The notes: generated by a model not told the origin, from the sequence alone. DNA of 64,000 nucleotides from an uncultured Rivularia sp. (GCA_963665115.1 OY762007.1:7872001-7936000); one strand, 5' to 3'. Positions 31,226-41,719 are shown, counted from the first letter of the stretch. Translations and numbers: made by a program.

Positions 31226-32440
31226 CTAATTTCTGCTGTTTCTTGTCGAAAGCGGGTTGGCTTTAAACCGGGCTAACTGCTCGCGAAGATACTTAAGCGC
31301 TGCTTCATTGCGTTCGAGCAACCCATCAAAAGAACCGGCTTCGTGCCATCGGTCAATCTGCTCGATGCCGAGAAACGGTAGATGACCATCTATACGAGCA
31401 TTTCGCTCCCGCATCAAAATGTTATCGGCACGCGGATCTTTAACTGACAAAAGCCGAAACTCTGCCGTTAGGAGCAAGTATTCCTTATTTTGCTTGTTAA
31501 ATTGCAGCATTCGGCGCGGTGCATCTGCTGCTTCGGGTGCATTAACAAAAATGGAGGACAGCACGCGACCAGAACCGGCTCCTGGGTTCGGTGGCTCGAC
31601 ACCGATTGCGCTTGCTATTGTCGGTACGACATCAATAATCTCTGCGTAGGAAATGGTATGTCCTGCCTTTACACCCGATCCGTGAAAAATCATCGGTGTT
31701 TGCCAACTTTCTTCGTCCATTGGTACGTGCCAACCGTGGCGGGATTGTCCATCTGCCATAAATACGAAAAAGGTATTGTCCCAGCGTCCAAGTTCTTCCA
31801 TTTTGGCGATAAAGCGACCAAGCTGTTTGTCGGCTTCACGCGCTGCTTGAGCGTAGGGTGATTCTGGATGCCAAATATCGGCTTGCCAAGGCGTACCATC
31901 CGGAGCGTTAATAGTTTTAAACCCGGCACGACCAACATCTTGAAGTTGGATGCGATAAAATTTTGGGTCGTGTCGCTCTAGGGTTTCTAGTATAATATCC
32001 GTCAGTTCGGCATCAGATGTATCAAGTAGATTAACTATTTCAAAGCCAGGAGATATAGAGTCATAAGCTTTACTCCCAGTTGCGATCGCAGTGTCTATTT
32101 TGCGGGGAAACTGATTTTGTAGCATTGATTGACTCGGTTGCAAGAATAAGTTGCCTGTCATCGTAATTGGGTTGGGTAAAGATGTAGTATGCATTTCTCC
32201 GTAAGCTCCCGTGGTAGGATGCCAAGGGAATGTCATAATCGCGGTTTCGACCGTTGTTCCTTGAGCCTGTAAGCGTTTCAGGTTGGGCAAGTCAAGACGT
32301 TCGATAGCATCGGGATGCAAGCCGTCGAAGTAGAAGAGGACGGCTCTCTCGGCTTGAGGTGATGTCACAGCCAGTTTCGCTTCAGTTGCAGATACAGGTG
32401 ACACAGACGATAGATATGGTAGCGCTCCAGTAAGAGCCAA
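31226..32440 (-). CDS. Alkaline phosphatase superfamily / nucleotide pyrophosphatase-like protein; visibly GC-richer than flanks; start uncertain
   Basis: FYFDGLHPD, PNLKRL…G, ADKQLG..I, FMADGQ..HGWH, IIDVVPTIA. Confidence 0.7.
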   Translation of the reverse strand: MALTGALPYLSSVSPVSATEAKLAVTSPQAERAVLFYFDGLHPDAIERLDLPNLKRLQAQGTTVETAIMTFPWHPTTGAYGEMHTTSLPNPITMTGNLFLQPSQSMLQNQFPRKIDTAIATGSKAYDSISPGFEIVNLLDTSDAELTDIILETLERHDPKFYRIQLQDVGRAGFKTINAPDGTPWQADIWHPESPYAQAAREADKQLGRFIAKMEELGRWDNTFFVFMADGQSRHGWHVPMDEESWQTPMIFHGSGVKAGHTISYAEIIDVVPTIASAIGVEPPNPGAGSGRVLSSIFVNAPEAADAPRRMLQFNKQNKEYLLLTAEFRLLSVKDPRADNILMRERNARIDGHLPFLGIEQIDRWHEAGSFDGLLERNEAALKYLREQLARFKANPLSTRNSRN

Positions 32441-32554
32441 CTCCAGAATTAGAAACGGCTGTTGCCTGGAATACTAATACTACTAATCCAGTTTTACCGT
32501 CTTTCCTAAATGTAGTTAGAGAAATGACTTTTTAGACATTCTTCTACTATTTCC

Positions 32555-32864
32555 AAATCGCGTTGCGCTCTTTGAATCGCCCCTTCTTTCAACTGTTCTT
32601 TGAGATTAGTTAAGGTTTTTGCTTGATGTAATAAGCTGATGTGCAGCTAAATTATATAATGTGTTAGCGCAGCGTGTCCGAAGGACATAAAAGTGAAAGT
32701 ATTGTAGTGCGAGCATCTTGCACGAAGGGTATTATACAAATTAAGTACGTAACAGCTCATTACAAATATTCTTCAGCTAACTTTAAATCGCGTTGCGCTC
32801 TTTGAATCGCTTTTTGTTTCAACTGTTCTTTGAGATTAGTTAAGGTTTTTTGCTTGATGTAATA
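32555..32864. repeat. ~80-bp direct repeat (32555-32633 and 32785-32864): 3' halves of two CopG-like genes
   Basis: AAATCGCGTTGCGCTCTTTGAATCGC…TTTCAACTGTTCTTTGAGATTAGTTAAGGTTTTT(T)GCTTGATGTAATA occurs twice. Confidence 0.9.
32634..32757. mobile_element. MITE (AGCTG…CAGCT family), copy 1
   Basis: Ends AGCTGATGTGCAGCTAA… / …TATACAAATTAAGTACGTAACAGCT match the element at 61678; flanked by TA/CA; contains a family-A hairpin and a 27-bp nested repeat. Confidence 0.8.
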
Positions 32865-32993
32865 TTGCACGGCTTCATTTATAAAACCACTGCGATCGCG
32901 ATGTGTCTATGCTGGAGATTCGTCATCTTGAATCACCATATCAATCATCCGAATCGTCTCTTCAGGCAAACTAATATTTAATTTACAATCCAT
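32760..32993 (-). pseudogene. CopG/RHH antitoxin-like gene with internal TAG (not in the ORF track)
   Basis: Manual translation: MDCKLNISLPEETIRMIDMVIQDDESPA*THRDRSGFINEAVQYYIKQKTLTNLKEQLKQKAIQRAQRDLKLAEEYL; stop at 32907-32909. Confidence 0.75.
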
Positions 32994-33229
32994 AATCGTT
33001 TACTTTGACTTTACTATTTAAGACAACCCCAACTCCTGGGAGACGTAGCAGTGCTACGTCTCTACATTAATTATTCATCTATAACCAGCCCACGCAGGTG
33101 GGCTTTGTAATTGTAGCCCTACCCTTCGAGGGTGAAGGCTACTCTTTCTGTGCGTCTCTGCGGTTAATAAATCTTAACTCTTAATTTTATAGCAGCAATT
33201 TGCACTAAATCCGCGCTATATTCAGAATA

Positions 33230-35056
33230 ATGAGAATTAGCAAAATACGTAACAACTTACGCCAATCTTTCGCTGTATTTCGCTACAGCGGACGAGCTGT
33301 AAATTTAGTTTGGACTACTAACCGCACTCTTACCATTATTCTGGCAATTTTAACTTTAGTTGCGGGGCTTTTACCGGCTGCTGTTGCCTATATTGGTAAG
33401 TTAATTGTCGATGCTGTTGTTGAAACGCGAAGTTTAACTTTACAAGATAATCTAAATACTTCTCTTCCTTTAATGTATGTGGGATTTGAAGCTGTTGCTG
33501 TGGCTTTACTTGCAGGTAGTCAACGCGGACTTAGTATTGCTCAGTCTCTGTTGCGAGTATTACTAGGACAAAGAGTAAATGTACTGATTATCGAAAAGGC
33601 GCTAACCTTAGAATTAAGTCAATTTGAGGATTCAGAATTCTACGACAAAATGACCAATGCGCGACGCGAAGCTTCTAGTCGTCCGCTTTCTTTAGTTAAT
33701 CGTACTTTTGGTTTGGTACAAAATGCTTTATCGCTGCTGACTTATGGTGCTTTGCTGATCAACTTTTCTTTGTGGGCTGTGGTGGTATTAATTGTAGCCG
33801 CCATACCTGCGTTTGTTGCGGAGACGCGCTTTGCCGGACAAGCTTTTCGTTTATTTCGCTGGCGAGCGCCGGAAACCCGTCAACAACGGTATTTAGAAAC
33901 GCTGGTTGCTAGGGAAGACTTTGCCAAGGAGGTTAAACTTTATCAACTTGGTGAAATGCTGTTAGGACGTTATCGCAATCTATTTCATCAACTTTACGGT
34001 GAAGATAGAGATTTAACAATCAAACGTGGTTTTTGGAGTTATTTATTAGGTTTGTTGAGTACTGCAACTTTCTACGTTGCCTATGCATGGATTGTAGTAG
34101 AAACAGTTGTGGGAAGAATTTCTCTGGGAGATATGACGATGTATCTTACTGTATTTCGTCAGGGACAAACTACTTTTTCGAGTGCGTTAACTTCCATCGG
34201 TGGAATGTATGAGGATAACCTCTATCTTTCCAATCTTTACGAATTTTTAGAAGAAGAAGTTCCGACAAGATATGGTAGAGCTATTAAAGGTACAAATCCT
34301 CAAGATGGAATTCGTTTTGAAAACGTTTCTTTTACCTATCCCGGAAGTACAAAACCGGCTTTGAAAGATATTTCACTGCATTTGAAACCGGGTGAAAAAC
34401 TGGCAATTGTTGGTGAAAATGGTTCGGGGAAAACAACTTTAATTAAATTGCTTACCCGACTTTATACGCCAGAATCGGGAAGAATTTTATTAGATGGATT
34501 GAATTTGGAAGAATGGGATTTAGATGAATTGCGACGAAGAATTGGGGTAATTTTCCAAAATTTCGTTCGCTATCAATTTACCGTAGGTGAAAATATCGGC
34601 GTTGGTGACGTAGAAAAACTGGAAGATGAAACAGCATGGGAAGTCGCCGCAGAGAAGGGAATGGCACAACCTTTCATCGAACGATTACCAGAAGGTTTTA
34701 CAACACAATTAGGACGCTGGTTTAAATCAGGACAAGAACTTTCCGGCGGACAATGGCAGAAAATCGCCCTTTCTCGGGCTTTTATGCGAAATAGCGCCGA
34801 TATACTAGTTTTAGATGAGCCTACGTCGGCAATAGATTCTCAAGCAGAATACGAAATTTTTGACCGTTTTCGTAACTTAACTAAAGATAAAATGGTGGTT
34901 TTGATATCTCACCGTTTTTCAACAGTGCGGATGGCTGACAAAATTGTAGTTATAGAGCAGGGTGAAGTTTTGGAGACGGGAACTCACGAAGAATTATTGC
35001 AAGCGAATGGGAGATATGCGACGCTGTTTTCATTGCAAGCGCAGGGGTATCGTTGA
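33230..35056 (+). CDS. ABC transporter, fused TM + ATP-binding (exporter)
   Basis: GENGSGKTT, LSGGQWQKIALSRAF, LVLDEPTS, ISHRFST. Confidence 0.9.
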   Translation: MRISKIRNNLRQSFAVFRYSGRAVNLVWTTNRTLTIILAILTLVAGLLPAAVAYIGKLIVDAVVETRSLTLQDNLNTSLPLMYVGFEAVAVALLAGSQRGLSIAQSLLRVLLGQRVNVLIIEKALTLELSQFEDSEFYDKMTNARREASSRPLSLVNRTFGLVQNALSLLTYGALLINFSLWAVVVLIVAAIPAFVAETRFAGQAFRLFRWRAPETRQQRYLETLVAREDFAKEVKLYQLGEMLLGRYRNLFHQLYGEDRDLTIKRGFWSYLLGLLSTATFYVAYAWIVVETVVGRISLGDMTMYLTVFRQGQTTFSSALTSIGGMYEDNLYLSNLYEFLEEEVPTRYGRAIKGTNPQDGIRFENVSFTYPGSTKPALKDISLHLKPGEKLAIVGENGSGKTTLIKLLTRLYTPESGRILLDGLNLEEWDLDELRRRIGVIFQNFVRYQFTVGENIGVGDVEKLEDETAWEVAAEKGMAQPFIERLPEGFTTQLGRWFKSGQELSGGQWQKIALSRAFMRNSADILVLDEPTSAIDSQAEYEIFDRFRNLTKDKMVVLISHRFSTVRMADKIVVIEQGEVLETGTHEELLQANGRYATLFSLQAQGYR

Positions 35057-35182
35057 TGGGTAATTGGTAATAGGTAATAGGTAATTGGGGAGATTGGGGG
35101 ATAGGGAGTGATGGTGATTTAAATTCCCTCGATGTCTAATGTAATATCTGTACATTATTAATTTTTGATTGAGGATTTAACT

Positions 35183-36179
35183 ATGAAACTCACAAAACAA
35201 AATTTGACAGAAAAAACCCAACAAGTTTACGATGCAATCGTTATTGGTGGGGGTGTCGGAGGTTTATCTGCTGGAATTTATCTACAACGTTATTTACTTT
35301 CGAGTTTAATTATAGATAAAGGTAAAGCTCGTTCTTTGTGGATGCAAGAATTGCACAATTACGTCGGCTTACCGTCAGATACACCAGGAAGGAATGTACT
35401 CAGACAAGGTAAAGACGAATACTTATCTCTAAATGGTGATTTTCTTGATGGTTACGTAGAAGAGGTTTTAGATGAAGGAGATACTTTTACGATAAAGGTT
35501 AAAGTTGGTAGGCAAAACAGCGTTTACGAAACTTTCCGTTCTAAATATATAATCGCGGCAAGTGGTATTATCGACTATTTACCAAATTTAGAAAATATGC
35601 GTAATGTCTTTGATTACGCGGGTTATAATTTGCACGTTTGCTTGATTTGCGATGGCTATGAAATGGCAGATCAAAGAATTGGCGTGTTTGCGAATAGTAA
35701 CAGTAACGCTCAAGTTGTATTTCCCCTCGGTTGGTTTACGCCGTATATTACTTTATTTACCCAAGGTTTCATTTGAAATAGAAGACGAGTTGCGTCAGAA
35801 ACTGAACGAACATGGATATCAGATAGTAGAAACACCCGTTGCCGAATTTTTGGGTGAAAACCATATCATGAATGGTGTAAAACTTGAAGATGATGCTGTA
35901 GTGGAGTTAGACGCGGGATTAATCTCGATGGGTTCAAAATATCACGCTACTTATTTAGATGGAATTGAATTAGAAAAGCAGAGTGAGAATTTAGTCACAG
36001 ATAAGATGGCGCGTACTTCCCATCCCCGAATTTTTGCTATAGGTGACTTGAAAGTTGGATTGAATCAAGTGGTAGTTGCAGCATCCGATGGTGCTATGGC
36101 TGCAACTCAAATTTGGCGTGATATTCGCCGCGAAAAAGGTGCCAAGCGTTGGGAAGAAAATGTTAAAGTCAGCGGATAA
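35183..36179 (+). CDS. Thioredoxin-reductase-like NAD(P)/FAD oxidoreductase, split by a +1 indel at ~35765-35770
   Basis: GAGG RBS; IGGGVGGLSA, CxxC (CLICDGYE), TSHPRIFAIGD…QVVVAASDGAMAA; frames join as TQG-SFEIE. Confidence 0.85.
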
Positions 36180-36353
36180 TCGTCATTCAATTCATGTAGA
36201 GACGGCGCGTACAATGCAACGTTTCACCAAGGTTTTAGCTATGTAACGAAAAAATTTGATTCAATACAGAAGTAGGTTTCGGTAACTCCAACTTCCCCAC
36301 AGCGTAACAATTAGTTACAATACTGATGCCTGCGTTACCCGGAGTAATAAGCG

Positions 36354-37922
36354 ATGGATTTGATCTTGGAACCAGCTATTCCTGTAAAAATCGAGAAAAT
36401 GAAGCAACGGGTACGATGGCAGCATCAAAGTATTGTGCAAAGGGGAATCGATCAAACTAGCATGGTTCTTGATGACGGTAAGGAGAATAGTGAAGAATTC
36501 TCTTTTATGGTTATCGGTGACACTGGTACAACTTGCCAATATGGATATCATCCCCAGCGAGAAGTTGCTAAATTGATGCTTAAACACCGGCCTGAATGCC
36601 GTTTTGTTTTGCACACTGGCGATGTAATTTATACTGTGGGTTCTCGCGAATATTACCCAACAAATTTTATCGAACCCTATCGCGAGTTTTTAAAAGGTGG
36701 TGAAAATCCCCAAAATATTGTTTATGACAATATGGTTTTTGATACTCCGATTCTGACAACTTTGGGGAATCACGATTATTACGATGTACCTTTACGATAT
36801 CGTGTTTTTACAGGTCCCACGCTCAAGCTACGTCGGATGTTTCGCTACAAAGATTTTGAAATTGGCTGGCATGGTTCCGAACAAGGCGATGCTTATGCAA
36901 AGGCATTTCTTGATTATTTAGCGGAGTTTAATCAAAAACAATTAGAGTCTCATTTAGACGAACATTACACCGCCAAAACCGACAACGGACGCTGTTTGCG
37001 TTACGAGCCGGGACATTTTACTCGTTTACCAAACCGTTATTATACGTTTCGTTACGGCGGTATTGACTTTTTTGCTCTTGATTCAAATACTATTAACGAC
37101 CCTTCACCGATACCGGCAACACCACAAGGAGATATTCGCAGAAAAGCTTTAACTCAGCGCCGCTCGGAGATAGATATTGAAGAACAGCAGATTTTAGAAG
37201 AATACAATAAACTCAATCTTGATAATCCTAAAGATGCCGAAAAAGGCGATACCCTCGAAGCAATATTAAGCCAAATTAACGAAATCAAAGTTGATATCGA
37301 AAAACAACTTGCATCCCATCATCCCAGCGTTGATTTTGAACAACTTGAATGGTTGAAACAAAGGCTGATTGAATCTTGGAATAATTCAGAAGTTCGCGCT
37401 CGCATCGTTTTTTTTCACCATCCACCCTACGTTACAGAGGCGAATAAGTGGAATCAAGCACAAACTTTAGCCGTGCGTCGTCGTTTGCGCGGGGTATTTG
37501 ATGAAGTTGCTCAAACTATTGGTAATTTAAAAGATAATCGCCCCATTGTAAACTTAATTTTAAACGGACACGCTCACTGTTTAGAACATCTTGTCACCAC
37601 CGACACCGGACACGCAGACTCACATATAAACTGCATCGTCAGCGGAGGAAGCGGTCATTATCCCCGTCGTCAGCGAGACATCGGGCCAGAATTAACGGAA
37701 ACTTTCGATTATCTTCCCGGTAGCCCTAACCGTAAAGTTGCGGATTCTTTACTGTTTGTCGGTCGCACAGGTTACGAATCATTGCAACGCTCTCCCTATT
37801 CCGGAATACGAATTGATGTCAAACCTGGATTACCTGTTAAGTTTGTTGTCAAACCATTTGTCGCCGAACGTTTTGGGCAACGATGGAATTATCCTGAGAT
37901 GGAACCGTTTGTAATAGGTTAG
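36354..37922 (+). CDS. Calcineurin-like metallophosphoesterase
   Basis: GDTG, GDVIY, GNHDYY, FHHPPY, GHAH, SGGSG. Confidence 0.88.
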   Translation: MDLILEPAIPVKIEKMKQRVRWQHQSIVQRGIDQTSMVLDDGKENSEEFSFMVIGDTGTTCQYGYHPQREVAKLMLKHRPECRFVLHTGDVIYTVGSREYYPTNFIEPYREFLKGGENPQNIVYDNMVFDTPILTTLGNHDYYDVPLRYRVFTGPTLKLRRMFRYKDFEIGWHGSEQGDAYAKAFLDYLAEFNQKQLESHLDEHYTAKTDNGRCLRYEPGHFTRLPNRYYTFRYGGIDFFALDSNTINDPSPIPATPQGDIRRKALTQRRSEIDIEEQQILEEYNKLNLDNPKDAEKGDTLEAILSQINEIKVDIEKQLASHHPSVDFEQLEWLKQRLIESWNNSEVRARIVFFHHPPYVTEANKWNQAQTLAVRRRLRGVFDEVAQTIGNLKDNRPIVNLILNGHAHCLEHLVTTDTGHADSHINCIVSGGSGHYPRRQRDIGPELTETFDYLPGSPNRKVADSLLFVGRTGYESLQRSPYSGIRIDVKPGLPVKFVVKPFVAERFGQRWNYPEMEPFVIG

Positions 37923-38021
37923 AGGTTAAAGGTCAAAGGTTAAAGGTTATATTTTAGAAGTTAGGATTAATAATAATTTCCAATGCCCAATGCCCCATGC
38001 CCAATCCCCATTTTTAATAAC

Positions 38022-38777
38022 ATGAATCGCAATCATAAATTAGATTTTTTACGCTTTACATCCATTCTTTTTATAATGCTATTCGGATTGCTGTTTTATC
38101 CTTTGAATACAGCATTTGCAAATACATCTACTGATTACCAACAAAAATCCGCTGCTAGTTCGGATGGCATTGGTAAAGTTTACATGGGTAGAGAAATTTC
38201 CCAAGTAATGGGACATAAAGGTGCGATGTGGTTGGAAAGACCTACTCGTGAATCCCAAGAACAACCCAGTAAAATAATTGACGCTCTTGACTTAAAAGAT
38301 ACTGATGTGGTAGCCGATATCGGTGCTGGTACTGGCTACATGAGTTTTCGCGTCGCTCCCAAAGTATCAGATGGAAAGGTGTTTGCTGTAGATATTCAGC
38401 CGGAAATGTTGGATATTATTGATTTTTATAAAAAACGAACCAAAATTAATAACGTAGAACCCGTTTTAGCAACTGTTACAAATCCGAATTTACCACCCAA
38501 AAGCGTCGATTTTGCATTAATGGTAGATGCTTATCACGAATTTGAATATCCCAAAGAAGTTATGGAAGGGGTTGTTAAATCGCTCAAACCTGGTGGAAAA
38601 GCAGTGCTGGTTGAATATCGTGGTGAAAATCCTTTTATTGCCATCAAGCGCTTGCATAAAATGACTCAAAAGCAAGTAAAAAAAGAAATGAAAGCCGTAG
38701 GATTAACTTGGAAAGAAACCAAAGAATTGCTTCCCCAACAGCATTTGATGATATTTGAAAAAGGAGTTAGTGGTTAG
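38022..38777 (+). CDS. Class I SAM-dependent methyltransferase with N-terminal signal
   Basis: VADIGAGTGY, VDIQPEML, DAYHEF, LKPGG. The ORF-track N-terminus is heptamer-derived. Confidence 0.88.
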   Translation: MNRNHKLDFLRFTSILFIMLFGLLFYPLNTAFANTSTDYQQKSAASSDGIGKVYMGREISQVMGHKGAMWLERPTRESQEQPSKIIDALDLKDTDVVADIGAGTGYMSFRVAPKVSDGKVFAVDIQPEMLDIIDFYKKRTKINNVEPVLATVTNPNLPPKSVDFALMVDAYHEFEYPKEVMEGVVKSLKPGGKAVLVEYRGENPFIAIKRLHKMTQKQVKKEMKAVGLTWKETKELLPQQHLMIFEKGVSG

Positions 38778-38808
38778 TTATGGAATTGGTAATTGGTAAT
38801 TGGTAATT

Positions 38809-39007
38809 GGGCATGGCTCACGGAGTTAGGAGTAGGGAGTAGCAAGTAGAGAGTAGAGAGTAGAGAGTAGCAAGTAAATCACTTATTATTATTGTCATAA
38901 ATGTTGCTCATAGCTGCCCGTCTATTTTTACTCTTTTACTCGCTACTTATTACTTATTACTTATTACTCATTACTCACTACTTACTACTCACGACTTTAA
39001 TAATGTC
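38809..39007 (+). repeat. ~200-bp composite dispersed element, copy 1 (inverted copy at 50457-50668)
   Basis: Same unique core AAATCACTTATTATTATTGTCATAAATGTTGCTCATAGCTGCCCGTCTATTTTT, same heptamer arms and same end sequences as the reverse complement of copy 2. Confidence 0.92.
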
Positions 39008-39054
39008 TCCCCATCTCCCCCTCTTCCCCCTCTTCCCCCTCTACCCCCTCTACC

Positions 39055-39330
39055 TCAATCAGCGGGAATAGCGATCGCAGTTTTCGCGTTACTATCCCAA
39101 ACAACCCAGTTGAATTCTTTGTCTAAATTTTCAGATGTCTCCGACACTTTGAAATAAAGTTTTTCGCCTTTTCTTTCAATGGCAAAGTCTGCATTTTGAG
39201 CATATACCACCTTAAAACCTTTATCTCGTAAACAAAACATTACCCAGGCTTTCAATGATTGTCTCGATGGATCGTAGGAAACCATCGGTCTTTTAAACGC
39301 TTGTTCTACAGTTTGATATATTTCGGACAT
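39055..39330 (-). CDS. Small hypothetical protein
   Basis: 91-aa ORF, co-directional with the VOC gene; nuclease-fold-like LRDKGFKV…ADFAIE…LYFKV. Confidence 0.65.
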   Translation of the reverse strand: MSEIYQTVEQAFKRPMVSYDPSRQSLKAWVMFCLRDKGFKVVYAQNADFAIERKGEKLYFKVSETSENLDKEFNWVVWDSNAKTAIAIPAD

Positions 39331-39515
39331 TCTTTTAATCAATTATCAATTATCAATTATCAATGGAGAATAGGTTAAAGGTTAAAGGTTAAAGGTCAAA
39401 GGTCAAAGGTCAAAGGTTAAAGGTTAAAATTACCCTTGTCTCCTTGTCCCCTTGTCCCCCCCTCTCCCCCTCTCCCCCTCTCCCCCCTCTACCCCCTCTC
39501 CTCATCTCCCCCTCA

Positions 39516-39977
39516 TCACTCCGGGTTGCAGCGAATTTCAACTATAAATCCATCTGGATCGTAGAAGTAAACTCCTCTTCCCGTTGGACGGGTGACGGGT
39601 TCTTGAGCTATTTTGATTTGATGGTGTCTGAGTACTTCGACTGCATTATCGAATAATTCGGGAGCTATATCAAATGCCAGATGATTGGCTCGTGTAAAAC
39701 CACGTTCGGGATTCGGATCTGGTGGTGATAATTCTGGCTCCCAAAATAAATCTAATATAGTATCGTCGGGAGTTCTAAAGTTCGCTACTTTTCCGGCTTT
39801 AACTAAGTCAATTAAAGTTTCTGGAACTTCATCACCTGTAAGTTGGTGCAAACCTAAGATGTTTCCATAAAAATGGCGAGATGCCTGCATATCTTGGACG
39901 TTAAGTGCAATGTGATGCACTCTACGCAGGCTTCCGGCGGATATAACGTGATTTAAAGGCTGAGTGTTAGATAGCAT
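39516..39977 (-). CDS. VOC/glyoxalase family protein
   Basis: HHIALNV.D…FYG.ILGL, HLAF, YFYDPDGFIVEI. Confidence 0.88.
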   Translation of the reverse strand: MLSNTQPLNHVISAGSLRRVHHIALNVQDMQASRHFYGNILGLHQLTGDEVPETLIDLVKAGKVANFRTPDDTILDLFWEPELSPPDPNPERGFTRANHLAFDIAPELFDNAVEVLRHHQIKIAQEPVTRPTGRGVYFYDPDGFIVEIRCNPE

Positions 39978-40235
39978 AATCAGTTATCAATTATCAATTA
40001 TCAATTATCAATTGCTCACCCGGAGTTGTGCATGGTTGCTCCCGGTGCGGGTATATAACAATTATCGGTTATTGAATTAATAATTGTTCATTGTTCATTT
40101 ACGAGTCACACCGTCTGGGCGATCGTTATTCGTTGAGAAGAGACTGATTGAGATGAAAATGTTACAACGGATGAGAATGTTATTTAATTAACATTACGGC
40201 CATTTAGTATCTGTATTTTAGGAATAAGGTTTGTA

Positions 40236-41597
40236 GTGCAACAGGAATTTAGTCAGCGAATTTCACCACCATTATTAATTGAGGGTAGCAATAGCGACCT
40301 CGGTTTGGAGTCGAAGCTTTTGGAGTTACCGCTCTACGAGTTTTCGATAGATATAAGCTTTACTGGTAAAGAAGTAGCTGAGATGTTTGAAAAATATCCG
40401 TTGTTACCGGGAGCAATTTTGGTGGACAAGGGTAGGTATGCTGGGATGCTTTCGAGAAGGCAATTATTGGAATTTTTAATTCGTCCTTTTGGACAAGATT
40501 TATTTTTCCATCAACCGCTGGATATATTGTATAGCTATAGTCGCACGCCTATTTTGGAATTGGCAGATACTACACCGATTTTGAACGCAATGCAATTTAC
40601 GTTAAGGCGATCGCCAGAATTTTTGTCGGAACCGATAGTGGTAAAAACTGCATCGAATGAGTACAGGTTGTTGGATATGCACGAATTAAATATTGCTTCT
40701 TGGCAAATTCGCGGAATTGAAACTCAGGTAAGGTACGAGCGCAGTCAAGCGCAAATTATTCAAAATGAGAAGATGGCTAGTTTGGGACGTTTAGTTGATG
40801 GTGTAGCCCACGAAATTTTAGATCCCGTAAACTTTATTTGGGGCAATGTAACTCACGTCTCTAATTACAGCAAAGACTTAATTAAGTTGATCGAAATTTA
40901 TGATAGTAATACATCAAAGATTCCAGATGATGTACTTTATTTAAAGCAAGATATTGAATTCGATTTTCTAGAAGCAGATTTATCACAAGCACTTGCAAGT
41001 ATTAGAACTGGTGCAGAGAGATTAAAAAAATTAGTTACTGGATTACAAAATTTCTGTCATATTGATGCAATTTATCCTAAACCTGTAGATTTACACGCTA
41101 ATTTAGATAGCACTATATTGTTAATTGGCAGCCGTTTGAAAGGTGAAATTAATATTGTCAAAAAATTCGGTCATCTGCCTCCTGTATATTGTTTCGTCGG
41201 ACAGTTAAACCAAGTATTTATGAATATATTAAGTAGAGCAGTCGATATTTTACTTGATGATGCAGTTCGACACCAATTTGAGATAGAAGCGAAAAACAAC
41301 TCTTCTAAAAAACCTACTATTGAAGTAGTTACAGAAGTTATTTCTCAAGAAGCAGATATACCGGGTGTACCTGATTCTCGCTGGGTATCAATTCGTATTT
41401 CTGATAATGGTTCGGCAATGTCTGAGGAATATCAACAGCAAATAAAAGATTCTTTTTCTATAGATAAAAGGGCTAATAAGGAAACAAGTCTAACTGTAAG
41501 TTATCGAATTATTACAGCAAGACATGGTGGTAAACTAAAATTTTCTTCTCAACCAAATAAAGGTACTGAATTTGAAATTCTTTTACCTTTGGTTTGA
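40236..41597 (+). CDS. Histidine kinase-like protein with CBS-like N-terminus and degenerate ATP-binding boxes
   Basis: EKMASLGRLVDGVAHEI H-box; QLNQVFMNIL; ISDNG; HGGKL…GTEFEILLP. Confidence 0.85.
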   Translation: MQQEFSQRISPPLLIEGSNSDLGLESKLLELPLYEFSIDISFTGKEVAEMFEKYPLLPGAILVDKGRYAGMLSRRQLLEFLIRPFGQDLFFHQPLDILYSYSRTPILELADTTPILNAMQFTLRRSPEFLSEPIVVKTASNEYRLLDMHELNIASWQIRGIETQVRYERSQAQIIQNEKMASLGRLVDGVAHEILDPVNFIWGNVTHVSNYSKDLIKLIEIYDSNTSKIPDDVLYLKQDIEFDFLEADLSQALASIRTGAERLKKLVTGLQNFCHIDAIYPKPVDLHANLDSTILLIGSRLKGEINIVKKFGHLPPVYCFVGQLNQVFMNILSRAVDILLDDAVRHQFEIEAKNNSSKKPTIEVVTEVISQEADIPGVPDSRWVSIRISDNGSAMSEEYQQQIKDSFSIDKRANKETSLTVSYRIITARHGGKLKFSSQPNKGTEFEILLPLV

Positions 41598-41719
41598 TAA
41601 TTGGGGATTGGGCATTGGGGATTGGGCATTGGGCATTGGGAATTTATTAATTATTAATTCCTAATTCTCTCAATCCAAAATCCAAAATATGATAACTCCT
41701 AACTCCTAACTCCTAAGTC

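Noticed and set aside
32907..32909. Amber readthrough (pyrrolysine) in the CopG-like gene
   Set aside because: No pyl machinery is seen and it is not expected in cyanobacteria; the context indicates decay.
36304..36318. NtcA box
   Set aside because: Spacing is GTA-N9-TAC, not N8; likewise GTA-N7-TAC at 35141.
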